A stretch of DNA of 64,000 bases from Octopus vulgaris (Eukaryota): contig OX597815.1 of the NCBI GenBank assembly GCA_951406725.2, positions 35,526,001-35,590,000 of the forward strand, in the 5' to 3' direction. Numbering within the stretch: the stretch's first letter is position 1; each line of letters starts with the position of its first letter. Below, one piece after another: positions 1 to 12,834 of this stretch. The notes beneath the pieces were generated by a model, which was not told the DNA's origin, made no database searches, and was given only the letters and a program-made list of their open reading frames with translations. The position numbers and the translations under genes are program-made.

Positions 1-985
1 CACTGACATTACACATCTAGCGGATCATGCTAGCTTCATTTCTTTCAAGCCTACGCATGTCCTCTGCAGTCACAGCCCATGTTTCACTACCGTGAAGCGT
101 GGCAGATCACATACATGCATCGTACAATCTACCTTTCATTCTGAGCGAGAGGCCCTTTGTCACCAGTAGGGGTAGAAGCTTTCTAAACTTTGCCCAGGCT
201 ATTCGTATTCTAGTGGTGACACTCTCTGAACATCCACCTTCACTACTAACTTGGTCACCCAGGTAGCGGAAACTATCAACTACTTCTAGTTTCTCTCCCT
301 GGAGTGTGATGGAATCTGTTTTCTGAGTATCTGTGATGTCTATTGCACCTGTGCATCTGCCGCACATGAAAGCTATCTTCTCAGTTAATTTTCCTTTGAT
401 GTTGCTGCACCTCTTATGCGTCCATAGCTTATACTGGGTACATCTTATGGAGTTTCTACCTACACCTTTTCTACAGATTGAACAGGGCCAGTTACTTGAG
501 GGGGTGTGTGATGAGTTCGCTTTCTTACTTACTATAACTTTGGTCTTTGCTACATTGACTCTTGTAGTTGTCGAACCAGGAATATGGCATCAGTGGTGCT
601 TCTACCTAGCACAAAACCAAACTGCATCTCATCTTAGCAGACTCTCTCCCTAATGAGATGGGCTATGACCCTCTCTGTGACCTTCATCACCTGATCTAAC
701 AGTTTAATACCCCTGTAGTTATTTCTATCTAGAGCATCACCATTACCCTTGTAGCAGTTGACTATGGTGCTGCTATGCCAGTCATTGGGTATGACTCCAT
801 TATGAACTACCTGGTTTACAATGTGGGTGACTAGGCCATAGTCCACACCACCAGATGTTTTAAGCATCTCAGCAGTGATTCCTGATGGGCTGGGGGCTTT
901 TTCTGGCTTCATACCCTTAACTGTTTTATCTATAAGGGAGCTGTCTATTCAGATAGCTAGTCCCTCTACTGGGTCAACATTTAGC
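1..985 (-). mobile_element. RTE-clade LINE fragment (RT region, internally deleted)
   Basis: ORFs 634-912 ([15 protein letters not shown]) and 107-367 (FRYLG, RIRIAWAKF). Confidence 0.85.
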
Positions 986-1416
986 AGGCTAAATTTTGCG
1001 ATCAGCGAAGATCATAAATTGATCTTTTTTCCAAAAATGAGCAATTTCAGTACAACAAAAATGGTAGTAGCTAATCATAAAAATCTAAGGTCATTTTCAG
1101 AATCAGCACCATCAAATAAGCTACAAAAACATGTTCTGTTTCTTGGCACCAAAAATTGTGTTGACCAGTGTTATTAGTGATGGAAGCAGTATCAGTACTA
1201 AAAGGCAGTCTTTATATTCAACTTCATATGGATCTCTTGTTAGAATACCAAATACTGAGGTATTCATCTTGAGAGGTCCTCTCTAACATTTTATCTTTCT
1301 GAGAATAAGCAGCTATATAGGCCCTAGAGGTCTGATTTATTCCCTCTTGTAAAAATTAATTTTTGTGCTTCGTTGAAAAGAAGTCCTAATTATGTCTTAA
1401 TTATGTCATTACACAG

Positions 1417-1607
1417 GAATCAAACCCAGATCACTCGTCACAACGGTTATTTTCAGGCATCCAGCCAACATCAGATGTTCCACATTTAGGCAATTATATT
1501 GGTGCTATCAAGAACTGGGTCAGTCTACAGGGCAAACACTCTTCAGTAATCCTCAGTTTAGTTGACCTTCATACAATTACACTGCCTCACAAACCTCAAC
1601 AGCTCAG
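1417..1607 (+). CDS. WARS2: WARS2 exon ([34 protein letters not shown]...[15 protein letters not shown])
   Basis: acacag acceptor and gtaggt donor; HLGN motif. Confidence 0.9.
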
Positions 1608-4600
1608 GTAGGTGTGAAAGCATTAAGAAACATTTTCATTGAAATAACTGCTTTGAAACATGTACCAAATTATCTGTTCATTTGTCTTAATTCCATTAGA
1701 ATTTGATATGAAGTGTGCTGTAGTTTTAACTAAGATTTGGGTTTTAAATATCATGGATATTTAAATATTTAACCCTTTCGTTACCAAACCGGCTCTGGCT
1801 CTGAGTACAAATATCTTGTTTTCATAAGTTTTGAATTAAAATCTTCCACCAAACCTTAGTCACAATTTATGTTCCTAACACTAGCTGAATGTTAACTAAG
1901 TTATTTTGATAAACTCTTTGTTATATTTAAAGTAATTGAAAGAAACACAGAGCATCTCAAAATAAATACAGTAACAAAAGGGTTAATGAAGCTGACTGGC
2001 TACTACAACAACCCTAGTCTCTGCATATCACTACCCTCACACATTTCTCAGCAACAATAATAACTTCATTCCATCTCCAATTTCTCCATATGTCCTCATA
2101 AAATGGCCCTAACCCCAAAATATCAAAGAAATACAAGTTAAGATGTAACTGTGCTGTCTTCATTTTTGTATTTCATTTCTTACAGTTTCAGTCTTAACAA
2201 GTTTTTATCTAACTTAATATTACACAATGCTTCGCCCAAACTTCTCAATTCTAATATAACCTAAGATTTAGTTGATAAATACGGATTGTTCAAAGATGAT
2301 GTTCCATTGAGTTATACTTAACTGATGCTAAATTTCACTATCCCCAAACAAATACAATATTTCAGATAACTTTACCTACCTTTATGAAGCTTCTTCCTTA
2401 ATTAATGAATCATTACTTCAATGTCTTAGATAAGTTTTTTTTTTTATACATATATATTTACAGCCACACTACATCTTAATCTGTTTGATCTGTAATTATC
2501 ATAATTGTTTCATTCTCAGATATATTACACTGTATTGGATTGAATTCGAATTAGGAACCTTTATTCCTAAACTAAGGCTCTTGTCTACTACTACTATATC
2601 ACTGACTCTTGAACAATTAGTGTAGATGTAAATATGAAAATATGTTTCATCTTTAAAAAGGAAAAATTATTATTGTTAAGTTTATGTACCAATATTATTG
2701 GCATTTCATTACTGTCCATACTTTATACAGTAAACTCTACGGTATTACATACTGTCATATATTAGGTATAATTTTAATGATGATGTTGATGATAATGGTA
2801 GCAGTGAAGGTGGCGAGCTGGCAGAAATGGTAGCACGCCGGGTGAAATGCATAGCCGTATTTCGTCTGCTGTTATGTTCTGAGTTCAAATTCCGCCGAGG
2901 TCAACTTTGCCTTTCATCCTTTCGGAGTCGATTAAATAAGTACCAATTATGCACTGGGGTCGATTACATCGACTTAATCTGTTTGTCTGTCCTTGATTGT
3001 CCCCTCTGTGTTTAGCCTCTTGTGGGTAGTAAAGAAATAGATAATGGTAGCAGTGGTATGTGTGATAGTGTTGCAGTTGGTGCAGATACCACTAATAGAA
3101 CTGGTGTTACATTTATTGTTTCATAAGGTCAGGTGCTTTGCCCTATTGACATGGTTTTAAGTGGAAAAGTTAAGTCCTTTAGTGAAGCACACCAGATATT
3201 AAAGATGACAAGCAAAGAATATTATGTACCAGTTCCTACCAGCTATGTGCACTAAAGCATATAGAATTAAGGATTTGGGCCACAGACAATAAAACACCTG
3301 TATTAATATTAATATTGTGTGCAAGTTCACTATCTTAATATAGAATTCTAGTATTAACCAAAAGTTTTACACTACTTTTTCATGAGAGAAACATCATGAA
3401 ATTTGTGACTTTTAGGAAATAGTTAAATAGAATTTGCAATATTCAAGGCTATCTCAAGGGCATTAAGCATTATAATTCTAAATCAAAGTCAATACATAGA
3501 TTTAGCTATATATTCTTTACCTATGATCTTAAATAAATGTTGATTTAAAGTGATAGTATGTTGCCAACTTAATGTGGCAGTCCCACAGGGGAAGAATGCT
3601 ACTGCTATTTAGCCCAAGGAAACACCGTTTCTAGTTGGCCATGACACATTTTCTGTGTCCTTTGAAAACATAAGGACACAGAATATGTGTTGTGGCCAAT
3701 TGGAAACGGTGTTTCCTAGAGATAAATAACAGCAGCATTCTTCCCCATCATGGGACTGCCACATCAAGTTGGCAACATACCATCACTTTAAATCAACATT
3801 TATTTAAGATTATAATCTATTTAAGCATTATAATTCTAAATCAAAGTCAATACATATATTTAGTTATATATTCTTTACCTATGATCTTAAATAAATTTTG
3901 ATTTAAAGTGATGGTATGCTGCCAACTTGATGTGGCAGTCCCATGATGGGGAAGAATGCTGCTGTTATTCATCCCTAGGAAACACCGTTTCCAATTGACA
4001 ACAACACATATTCTGTGTCCTTATGTTTTCAAAGGACACAGAAAATGTGTCATGGCCAACTAGAAACGGTGTTTCCTTGGGCTAAATAGCAGTAGCATTC
4101 TTCCCCTGTGGAACTGCCACATTAAGTTGGCAACATACCATCACTTTATCATGCTACTACTGTATAAATCTCCCTGAGAGATTTAGAAATGTAATATTTC
4201 TAAATGTTGATTTCTTTCAATATTTCAAAAGGTCTCTGATCAAAATAACTTTCATTATTATCATTTTAATCTAATAATATTAAAAATTCTATTTTTATTG
4301 TAAGCTTTAAATATTTAATATTGATACAAATGAAAGTTCCTCAATAAAACAATTAACATCTAAAATAAGCTTCTAAATATTTAAAATTTTAATTTTTACA
4401 ATAATTTCTTTAAGGAATAACATTCTAGACATGACTGCTTGCCTTCTCGCCTGTGGTTTAGACCCTACAAAAGTCATTCTTTTCCAGCAATCTCAGGTGA
4501 GTTGTTATATTTATTTAGAAGACTTCCTTAGTCACTGAAGTTTTAGTATTTAAAATTAAGTATCAGTACAATAAGTGAAGCCATAGAAACTCACAAACGT

Positions 4601-7600
4601 GTTCAGAGAACACTATAGAAAATTCTTAAATTATTTAGGTTTTGCAGAAACCTTTGCTTAACTCAGCTGAAGGATTTTTTTCCTTTATTTTTAAGTTTGT
4701 ACATTAATCCTAACATAGGTAGGATGGTTCTTATAAATTTGGACATTTGCTTGAACGTGGTTAACCATCTGAACGTGGCCGTTGCCAGTGCCGCCCCGAC
4801 TAGCCTCCGTGCCGGTGGCACGTAAAATGCATCATCCGATTGTGGCCGTTGCCAGCTTCGTCAGGCACATAAAAAGCATCATCCGATCGTGGCCGTTTGC
4901 CAGCCTCGTCTGGCACCTGTGCAGGTGGCACGTAAAAAGCACCCACTACACTCACGGAGTGGTTGGCATTAGGAAGGGCATCCAGCCGTAGAAACACTGC
5001 CAGATCAGACTGGGCCTGGCACAGCCTTCTGGCTTCCCAGACCCCAGTTGAACCGTCCAACCCATGCTAGCATGGAAAACGGATGTTAAACGATGACGAA
5101 TGATTACTCTTACAGTTCAGTGCTTTTTCTGTTGTCAACCTGAACTATTGAAATAAACTAGTTGATGTTCCTTAGTTAAATAGACCCAATGTCTATAGCA
5201 AGATTTAAGCTTATGGCCAGCATCATTATCAACATCTACTTTTCCATGCTTGTATGGGTCAGACGAAATTTGTTGAAGCAGATTTTCAATGGCCAGACAT
5301 GTTTTCCATTGGCAACTGGAAATGAGAATCACTTGTATAATGGTTATATATATATTACAGGCTTCTTTCACTTTCCATCAAATCTGTTCATAAGGCTTTT
5401 GTCAGCCCAAGGTGCCAGACAGTGAGACTAAACCCAAGACTGCATGGTTGGGAGCAAGTTTCTTAACCACACAGCCACACCTGCATCTTAAGCAGTTGTC
5501 ATTACAGCACCAAACTTGTTTATAAGTTCATGTATTCTATCTGCACATAAAACAATGGGAACATCAACAACTGGATCTGAAATGATGACATTACAGATGA
5601 AAGTGTCGTACTTTTTACAGGGGAAGTTTACACACTTAAACAATTACAACTGCAAGTTTTCCCCTCTTAATTGCCACTCTTCTTTTAACTGCTACCAAAA
5701 AGATTATAGTTAGCATCCTAAGTTAGCATAATTCTATGCTAATGAACCAAGAATTCATCTATATCAAGTTGTCACCAAGTGTGACAAATCAGAAGTTTGT
5801 TCAAACTCCAGACTTCAGCCACTCACTGCAGTATAGTATAGGTATTTATTTAAACAATAAATTTGAAGTTTTATCAGGGTCAAACATTGAGCTATGATGT
5901 CATAAATCTAAAACTTTTACACTGACACAATGTGTCTCAATTCAGAAGTTTGTGGGTCAGTAATGAGAATTCTAGATTTATGACATCATAGCTCAATATC
6001 TGACTCCTTTAAAAGTTAAAATTTATTGGCTAAATAAACACCTGTGTTATACTACAGTAAGTGACTGGAGCAAATCAATGATGGAAAAGCTAGCAGTCTA
6101 GTATAAGCAGAATTTAGTGAAACAATTACCATTCTATGTAAAATTCTTTCTGCTGGAGAAATTTGTCTTACAATAAGCAGTTCTTTCATGCCCATGCTAT
6201 ATAGACTGTTAAATTAGGTTCATTATTCTTGATGTTCTCATCGTCATTCAATTTGCATCCTTACATCCTAGTTTTAACACTGGTATGAGTTTAATAGCTC
6301 TCCAATATATCACACTTGATCATGTTCCTTCTGAGATGAAATCTAAATTCTCTTGAGGATTTTTTTCAGACTGTTGATTTCATCATCTTTAGAGCTGAAA
6401 AATATATTACTGTTACAGTTGGAGATAAAAACCAACAAATACGTATTTAAGATATAAAGATTAGAAAATATCTTTCGTCTCTGAAGAAGAGATCAATAAT
6501 CTCCTCATCATCATCATTATCATTCTGAAAAATTATAATCTTATTAACAACTCGACTCAGACGTTTAAACAAATGTCTGAGATGAGTCATTAAGACTATT
6601 AGTATTTTACATACCACCAACTCTTTTTTGAATGAATGTTAATGTGAAATTTCTTGAATTTAAGATTCCACAACATACCGAACTTGCTTGGATTCTTTCT
6701 TGTAACTGTTCTCTGCCACGGTTGAAGCATTTACCACAGTGGAAGGTAAGATTTCTTATATTTCCAAGGTTTTAAGTACAAAAAATAGAAGAAAAATTAG
6801 CATTTTTTATCGATAACTGAGGAAGGGATCTTTGGATTCAAATGTATCAGATTTCTTTGCAATAACGTCTGTTAATTCCTCTTCAGATCTTCCTTCAAGA
6901 GGTTAAATGTAAGTTGATGAAGAAGAGATTAAAACTAAAAGGTATCAACTCTCTCAGTGCGCCCATAGAGGTTCAATGGTTATTTGTTTTTGGAGCTGAG
7001 TGAAATTCCTGCTTTTGGACCGGCTTTCATCATCATTTAATGTCCATTTTCCATGCTGGCATGAGTTGAATATTTTGATAAGAGCTGGTAAGCCAAAGGA
7101 ATGCACCAAGCTCTACTGTTTGCTTTGGCATGGTTTCCATGGTTGGATGCTCTTCCTAATGCCAACCACTTTACCAAGTGCATTGGATGACACCAGCACT
7201 GGCAAGATCACCAAGTAACTTGACAAAGAGCCCTTTCAACAGTGAGGGAGGTAGCCTTGTGCTTGGTCGTGAGAAGCTAAACCATGAAAGGGTCAGAAAC
7301 AACATCTTGCTGTAGAGGAGACACATGGTTACCTTGTTTTTTTTTTTCTTTCTTTCTTTCTTCTCATTGATGAAGGACAGTGTCCATTACATTTGCATCA
7401 TTAACCAGACCAGTGAATTTGGTGTGGTTGATGTTCAGCTGGTTAGTTCTTTTGATTGAAGGCAATAATACAGAAGTTACAAAAAAGACTCAGACAAGGA
7501 AGCATTGCATGAGATATTTAATACAGGAACAATGATAAAAGTTAGAAAGACTGGTACATCAGGTGGGCTCGGCTAAAGTTGGTACACACTTTTTTTGGTC

Positions 7601-10600
7601 AGAGGAGCAAGAAACCTTTCTATTAATTATAAAAGACTCATCAATAAAATACAGTACAAGTCAAGTACTGGGGTCAATGTTAACAACTACTATCCCTTCC
7701 CCTCAAAACTGCCAGCTTTGTGTCTAAACCAGAAACAGTAAGAGACCCAAAAGGATATACAAGGATACAAAATATCGCTGAATTTATAGTTGTAACATGT
7801 TGATGGGGAAGGTTTACTAATTTGATAAATGACCTTTTATTAGTATGTGGTTTAGATCATTGGTGTGTGGCAGCTTTGGGATACCAGAGATGAGAACAGT
7901 TCTCTAATATAGAGTATATGTATGCTTTCAAGAAGTTCAGCAACTGTTTAAACCTGAAGGGATTTGAGTCTCTGAGACAAAAGTCTTATATTTGGATGCA
8001 GTGTTGGCTATGTTAGAAATATGTAGATGTTATTGAAAATTATAAAATTCTATATTTTGCTTATAAAATCAAAAAGCAACACAGTACCCATGATTTTCAA
8101 TAACATTTTTTTCACACTTAGAATTGACAAAGATTGGAATAAATTATTTGCATCAATTATTGACTATCAGGACATTGCATCCTTCAAAAATTCCATGTTT
8201 CCTGAAATTCATCAACACTACTCTTGATGTACCTATGTAACCTTTCCTCTTTATGGCTCTTTTACTGTTAATTTGTCTTGATGATGATGTACTATAAAAC
8301 CACTTCTGACTATCATTGCTATCTTTCTTTACTTATCACTGCTTTTTGTATCATCTTTTACTCTTTTCTAATGAATTGTAGTGTACTTGAGCACTGCATA
8401 CAATAAGCTCATTATTATTATTTTCAGATCTTGTGATTATGTGAAAACTATAGAGATTTTTAGCTGAGTTTATTAACAGTGAAAATATGAATGTTAATGA
8501 TACGTATAGTGACTAGCTTTGTGCTGTTAAATGTTATTAGGTTGTAATGGCTCCTTTGCATATTTTTAGGGGTCTGTCATAAAGTTGTGCAATTGTAGTG
8601 TATTGTATGTAGAATACATATGGATAATGCCTGAGTGTTTGGTTAGCAGTAACATCAGAGAGTTCAATATCGTAAACATGGAAGTGTGTGGTAGGATTAA
8701 TTGAACCCTTAGTTACACCAGAGTTGTGAGAATGTTGGTCAGAGGGAAAAGGCCCTTTTGATATTCTTTGATGGAGCACTGAGAGCAAAATGCTAATCCT
8801 TGAGAAGACTAGTGTTACTACTTCTTCACTTCAGAATTGACAAATGTCGTTTGTATTACAAACCTTGTTTGAGCATTTGCACCACTTTAATCAAATATTT
8901 GGGTCACTCCCAAAGTACCAGTTCTGATCACCAACCTTTATCACAAGAAAATATTACCCACAAAATGTTAGATCCTCTTTATTTTCTTGTAAACTTAACT
9001 CAATTGGATTGTCTTTTTTTCCATGGCACTGCTGAAATGAACAAATGGATATTGAACCACTGACTCCATTCCCTGATACAGCGAAAAAATAGATCAAAAT
9101 ACAAGACCTGTGAATTCCTGAAGTTTCTAAATGATATTCGATTTTCTTTATAAACTGTTGTTATATATTTGTATATTGGTGTTTCAGCTGAAATCTAAAA
9201 ATGAGGAGACAGTTTCTGTTGGATTGTTCAGTTACCCTCTGTTACAAGCTGCAGATATTCTTCTTTATAAGTAAGTGAAAGTATTTCTCTTGTTATTGAT
9301 TAAGTTTAATATCATTTTATATTGGTTCCTCCAGATTAGTTTTGCTTAAACATTGGTATCCTGCACATAAATTCCATGTTAAACGTTCTACCTAAACCTT
9401 TCTTCTTGTGTCACAAAAATCTCTCCTATTCCTGTTTTCCAAAGAGTGTTAATCTACAACTACTCAAATTAGACTCTAATTATACAAATTATCCAAACTC
9501 TAGTTCATAAAGGATCTACTTTTTCTTTCACTAAACACCTCCTTATATACACAAAATGTGTAGAGTATTAGTCAGGTTCTTTGTGTTTTGTTGTTTGTTT
9601 TTTTTTATAATTTAAGGGTAGGTCCTCCTAGGCTGATAAGATTTATGTGACTGATGGCCAGTCTGAACAGCTGCCAGGAAAATATGGGTAGAAGAGAAGT
9701 AATAGTCAATTCTGAATGCTTTTAACAGACAGAACTCTACTAAAGGCACCCCAAAACAAGATGGTGAAAAGAAAAAAAAAAAATCAATGTCTGCTGTTGG
9801 ATTGGAAATTGTCATTTGAAGTTTTTAGTTAGTTGGTTAATATCTTATACTGTCAATGTGTCTAACCAAACAGCTGGTTCTTTAAATATTTCCCTCTTCA
9901 ATGATATTAAGGCAAGACAGTGAGAGAACTGCAAACTATAGTTTCAATCTAACAACACCACCAACACCTTTCCAGAAACCTTTCCTTCTTTCTTGAAGCA
10001 TGACCTTCGAACTTTAGGTCTCACCGAGGAATTGACTAGAGACCGAGACCTTTGGAAGTATGCTGTGTGTAAGAAGACCCGGCAGGACAAGTAAGGCCAT
10101 AACCCGTGGCCTCAGTCCACTTTATGCATACCTTTCCTTCTTGGGACGCAAAACTCTACTTGTGAAGACCTGTTGAGGCAAGTGAAAAACAAAATCAAAA
10201 TCAAAATCGATCAACATCAATGGAAATCGTAGCTGTGATACCAGTGCCGGTGGCACATAAGAGAACCATCCGAACGTGGCCATTGCCAGCACTGCCCCGA
10301 CTGCCTCCGTGCCAGTGGCACGTAAAAAGCACCATCCAATCGTGGCCATTGCCAGCTTCGCCTGGCCTCCATGCTGGTGGCACATAAAAAGCACCATCCG
10401 ATCGTGGCCGTTTGCCAGCCTCGTCTGGCACGTAAAAAGCACCCACTACACTCATGGAGTGATTGGCATTAGGAAGGGCATCCAGCCGTAGAAACATTGA
10501 CAGATCAGACTGGGCCTGGTGCAGCCTTCTGGCTTCCCAGACCCCAGTTGAACCGTCCAACCCATGCCAGCATAGAAAGCGGACGCTAAACGATGATGAT

Positions 10601-12763
10601 GACAACATCACCTCACCATTGAAAAGAACTGTACCATTGCCTAGGCAATGTCATCACTCTGTCACCAAACCAAACTGATGTTCTACATCTTCCTATGTAG
10701 CTACAAAACTCTTTACATTCTCTAAAACAAGGACTATTAATAGAAATCTCTAAATCTTCCACAGTAATGCCTGGGGTAGGCAGAGCTAAACAAATACAAA
10801 ATAAATCTAATTTACTATGTTTTTCATTGGTGTGCTTCACTAAAGCTGAGTGAAGCTGCTCAAACAATAGTATTATTAAAAATCTTAGCAGCTGAATGTT
10901 TAAATTTTGCTACTTCATGTCTTACCTCCCTAATTTTCAGATCCCAACTGGTTCCTGTTGGAGAAGATCAAGTAAAACACATTGAACTAGCCAGAGATCT
11001 TGTTAAACAATTCAATCGTAAATATGGCAATATTTTTGTGAAACCAAATATTCTTACAGGTAACTTGAAGAATTTATTTATATTTTCTATGTTTTTCATA
11101 CTATTGTATTATAAAATTGTCATATATTTACCAGTTTTCCTCACAAAATGATCAGCTCTTATGTTAATCACTCAGTACTTTATCTCAGTAACAATAGCTT
11201 AACCTTACCTGACTTCATGGATGGATTTGAACCCTGCACCACGAGCTTACAAGATATTCCTCAATTATACATTGTCCTCAATGTTTACAAATAACAAGCT
11301 CTAGCTCTGCATGGTCACTATTTACAGGTAACAAAATAGAATGATTCTATTGAAATTATTACTTCTTTCATCTATTTAACAATAGATTTTACCAGGTCAG
11401 ATACTGAAATTGTTTCAACCTTAATGCTGGTACTATGCTGAGAAATAATACCCACAACTGTCTTATGTTTGACCTACAAGTAAATATGTAATCATACCAA
11501 TATCATAGAAGTGTGAAGACTATCAAGAAGTGGTAACTGGCTGTAAAATAACTTGTTCCAACAATTTTTGCAAAAAGAGCTTTCAACCATGACCATTAAC
11601 ATTTTATTTCTTGCACAGATATGGTCTGCATAGGCTAGCAATACTTTCTTTCATCTCTGTGAGGTCCAATATCTTCAGTTCAGTGCACAAGTTCTACCAC
11701 CAACTCAAGGCACTCTTTCCATTGTCATCCGTTCATTTTTATATGTCCAAACCAAAATATAAATGTCTTTTACATAAATAAAAATAAAAATCGAATGGAA
11801 ATTGTAGTTATGATACACATGCAAGTGGCACGTAAAAAGCACCATCCGAACGTGGCGGATGCCAGCGCCGCCTGACTGGCATTCGTGTTGGTGACATGTA
11901 AAAAGCACCAACTGATCATGGCCATTTGCCAGCCTCCTGTGGCCCCCGTACTTGTGGCACATAAAAAGCACCCCCTACACTCATGGAGTGGTTGGCACTA
12001 AGAAGGGCATCCAGCTGTAGAAACACTGTCAGATCAGACTGGAGTCTGGCGCAGCCTCCTGACTTCCCAGACCCTGGTCAAACCGTCCAACCCATGCTAG
12101 CATGGAAAACGGACGTTAAATGATGATGATGAGTTTCATACCAAGTCACTTCCTTTCACTTACAACCCAACCTTTCTTCTATATATCCCAGCAGTTTATA
12201 GTGAACTCATAACTTCCCCATCACTATAGATCTTCTGTATTTGTCTTTTTATAGCCTGAGAGTATTTTTGATAACTTACTCTTTGCTTTTTTTATTTTTT
12301 TATTTTAGGCGAGTTGCCCAAAGTGCTGAGTTTGCAAAATCCTGAAGATAAAATGAGTAAATCAGACAATAATAAACTAAGCCGGATTGACTTAACAGAC
12401 AGTGCTGATGAAATATTTTTAAAAATAAAAAAAGCTCGAACAGACTCTACTTCAGCAGTCACATATGACCCTGCCAACCGACCAGGAGTCTCTAATTTAA
12501 TTAGTATCCATAGCAACTTGACTGACCTCACACCTGAACAGCTATGTAAAGAATACACACATTTAGACACAGGACAATATAAAAAGGTAGTGGCTGAAGC
12601 TATTACTGAAACAGTAACACCTATCAGTTCACGCATAAAAGAATTAAAAGCTAATAAAGATTATCTTATTCAGGTTTTAGAAACTGGTAAAGAAAAAGCC
12701 ACAAACATTTCAGAAAACACAATGAAGACTGTAAAAGAGGTATTAGGCTTCACTTTACATTAA
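1417..12763 (+). CDS. WARS2: Mitochondrial tryptophanyl-tRNA synthetase, 5'-partial spliced gene (6 coding exons in window)
   Basis: Exons 1417-1607, 4415-4496, 6665-6745, 9188-9270, 10941-11059 and 12309-12763 all have AG/GT boundaries with matching phases. The translation contains FSGIQPT, HLGNY (HIGH), [19 protein letters not shown] and KMSKS, the class Ic bacterial/mitochondrial-type TrpRS motifs. Start codon and targeting peptide are not seen. Confidence 0.95.
1773..1982. mobile_element. piggyBac-type MITE
   Basis: TTAA on both sides (1769-1772, 1983-1986); terminal inverted repeats CCCTTTCGTTAC / GTAACAAAAGGG. Confidence 0.8.
2809..3040 (+). mobile_element. tRNA-derived SINE, family A (GGCGAGCTGGCAGAA head; central GCCTTTCATCCTTTCGGGGTCGATAAATTAAGTACCAG block)
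   Basis: Repeated at about 27190-27340(-), 28320-28470, 28628-28830, 42054-42285, 44357-44580, 49360-49540(-) and 61058-61275, with decayed copies at 62100-62900. Confidence 0.8.
3526..4148. repeat. Two adjacent copies of a ~245-285 bp palindromic (foldback) element
   Basis: 3526-3810 and 3904-4148 are each near-perfect palindromes centred on GTGTCCTT...AAGGACAC. Confidence 0.9.
4415..4496 (+). CDS. WARS2: WARS2 exon ([27 protein letters not shown])
   Basis: ttctttaag acceptor and gtgagt donor; phase matches. Confidence 0.93.
4760..5103 (+). mobile_element. RTE-derived 3' UTR (hairpin array plus tail ending (GAT)n)
   Basis: GTGGCACGTAAAAAGCACC units, then GGAAGGGCATCCAGC...GGACGTTAAACGATGA tail, shared with many copies. 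Confidence 0.8.
5816..6067. mobile_element. MITE with ~110-bp imperfect terminal inverted repeats
   Basis: CAGCCACTCACTGCAGTATA...ATTGAGCTATGATGTCATAAATCTA versus TAGATTTATGACATCATAGCTCAAT...TATACTACAGTAAGTGACTG. Confidence 0.75.
6665..6745 (+). CDS. WARS2: WARS2 exon ([27 protein letters not shown])
   Basis: taag acceptor and gtaag donor; HxELxW and QWK motifs. Confidence 0.93.
8000..8422 (+). mobile_element. Decayed CR1/L2-like LINE 3' end
   Basis: [14 protein letters not shown] resembles the FFxxRVxxxWNxLP motif; same 3' end as 48700-49068. Confidence 0.6.
9188..9270 (+). CDS. WARS2: WARS2 exon ([28 protein letters not shown])
   Basis: tttcag acceptor and gtaagt donor; [12 protein letters not shown] motif. 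Confidence 0.94.
9998..10602 (+). mobile_element. RTE LINE 3' end with hairpin array and (GAT)n tail
   Basis: End of RT ORF (AAGCATGACCTTCGAAC...), 62-65 bp units, conserved tail. Confidence 0.82.
10941..11059 (+). CDS. WARS2: WARS2 exon ([29 protein letters not shown]...)
   Basis: ttttcag acceptor and gtaact donor; VPVGEDQ motif. Confidence 0.94.
11800..12132 (+). mobile_element. RTE-derived 3' UTR copy
   Basis: Same units and tail as 9998-10602. Confidence 0.78.
12309..12763 (+). CDS. WARS2: WARS2 last coding exon (KMSKS motif, anticodon-binding domain, TAA)
   Basis: Long T-tract and ttttag acceptor; same frame as ORF 12314-12763. Confidence 0.95.
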
Positions 12764-12834
12764 TTGAAATCATAAAATACCGTAAAATACATTTTTTAAA
12801 AACTTGTTTCAAGTTGTTCAATTTCTTTGTTAAG

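Noticed and set aside
986-1172. DNA transposon end (...TGTGTTGACCAGTG) and ORF 875-1177
   Set aside because: Only one terminus is visible and the superfamily cannot be assigned; the ORF is a chimera of antisense RTE and this segment.
10235-10445. CRISPR-like repeat/spacer array
   Set aside because: The intervening segments are homologous to each other, the array is part of a dispersed RTE 3' UTR, the DNA is eukaryotic and there are no cas genes.
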